From Octopus bimaculoides (lineage: Eukaryota), in assembly GCF_001194135.2 (NCBI RefSeq), contig NC_068982.1, forward strand, positions 78,765,237 to 78,829,236: a stretch of DNA of 64,000 nucleotides, read 5' to 3'. Below are positions 63,346 to 64,000 of the stretch, in pieces. A model generated the notes under the pieces. The model worked only from the letters and a program-made list of their open reading frames with translations. It was not told the DNA's origin and made no database searches. Both the position numbers and the translations under genes were made by a program. Numbering within the stretch: the stretch's first letter is position 1; each line of letters begins with the position of its first letter.

Positions 63346-64000
63346 AACAACTTTCATTCAACCTTGATACACCAAAAACATACCCAGCTGTCAAGTGATT
63401 TTCATTTGAAAATATCTTATGAGAAGAATCTAGTTTCATTGTTGTTATGTCCCACTCCAACATAATGTTGTTTTTACACTAATTAATTATCATATTATAG
63501 TTGTTAATTGTTTTAATTAGTTGCTTCATCTTTATTCCACTTTATTCTTTTCAGTGCACCTCTTTGCTTTTAAGGTTGTTGGAAATGGTGTTAAGGGCTC
63601 AAAGTTCGTCTGTACAAATCTTGCATATACTTGTTATTCTTTTGTTTTTCTTTTATTCTCCACCCTCTCTGGATAACGATTTATTTTTAGGGAAAGATTA
63701 ACTTGATGAAAAGATGTTTTAGTTACTCCCTCTTTGGGGGGTTATACTGTGTGTGTCTCTCTCTCTCGCTCACACACACACACACACACAATCATACATA
63801 AAATTTTACGTAGTCATGTACAATTTTATGAAGTTGATGTTATACAAGGTTGATATTAAGATAGTTTGAAAAGAATTTTAACCTTTATTTTCAATAACAG
63901 AAAATAAATGAAGAGATTTATTCAAGGGGAGATTACTCCAATTATTTTATGAAACCAATCTGTAGTAGTTTAAACCATACTATTTTTTTTTATTTATATT

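Overview
AT-rich, microsatellite-rich animal genomic DNA; the repeat families resemble those of an octopus, which is an inference from pattern recognition and not a database match. The only host gene I can support is casein kinase I gamma (CSNK1G / gilgamesh orthologue) on the + strand. Four coding exons of its kinase domain are present (18092-18240, 30214-30448, 50439-50609, 59390-59538; 704 nt), all with canonical AG/GT sites and compatible phases, separated by introns of 11,973, 19,990 and 8,780 nt. I did not find the earlier or later exons, so they probably lie outside the window. The rest is intron filled with decayed mobile DNA. This includes a 3.2 kb RTE LINE with a PHD-like finger inside its RT, a second RTE LINE with a 5' inversion, R4-like and Hero-like RLE LINE fragments, and a CR1/Jockey-group LINE. 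DNA transposon remnants include two maT (DD37D), one Tc1 and one Tigger, plus a pogo-type MITE and two TTAA-flanked piggyBac-type MITE families. About 15 copies of a tRNA/CORE-type SINE share their 3' tail with the RTE LINE. There are two assembly gaps. I see no intact novel gene system. The most interesting signals are retrotransposition footprints (twin-priming-like inversion, TACA-motif target duplication, a shared 3' tail module) and possible RNA-level regulation of the kinase pre-mRNA (NAGNAG acceptors, a YCAY-dense minisatellite, inverted SINE pairs). Repeat boundaries are approximate unless terminal motifs are quoted.
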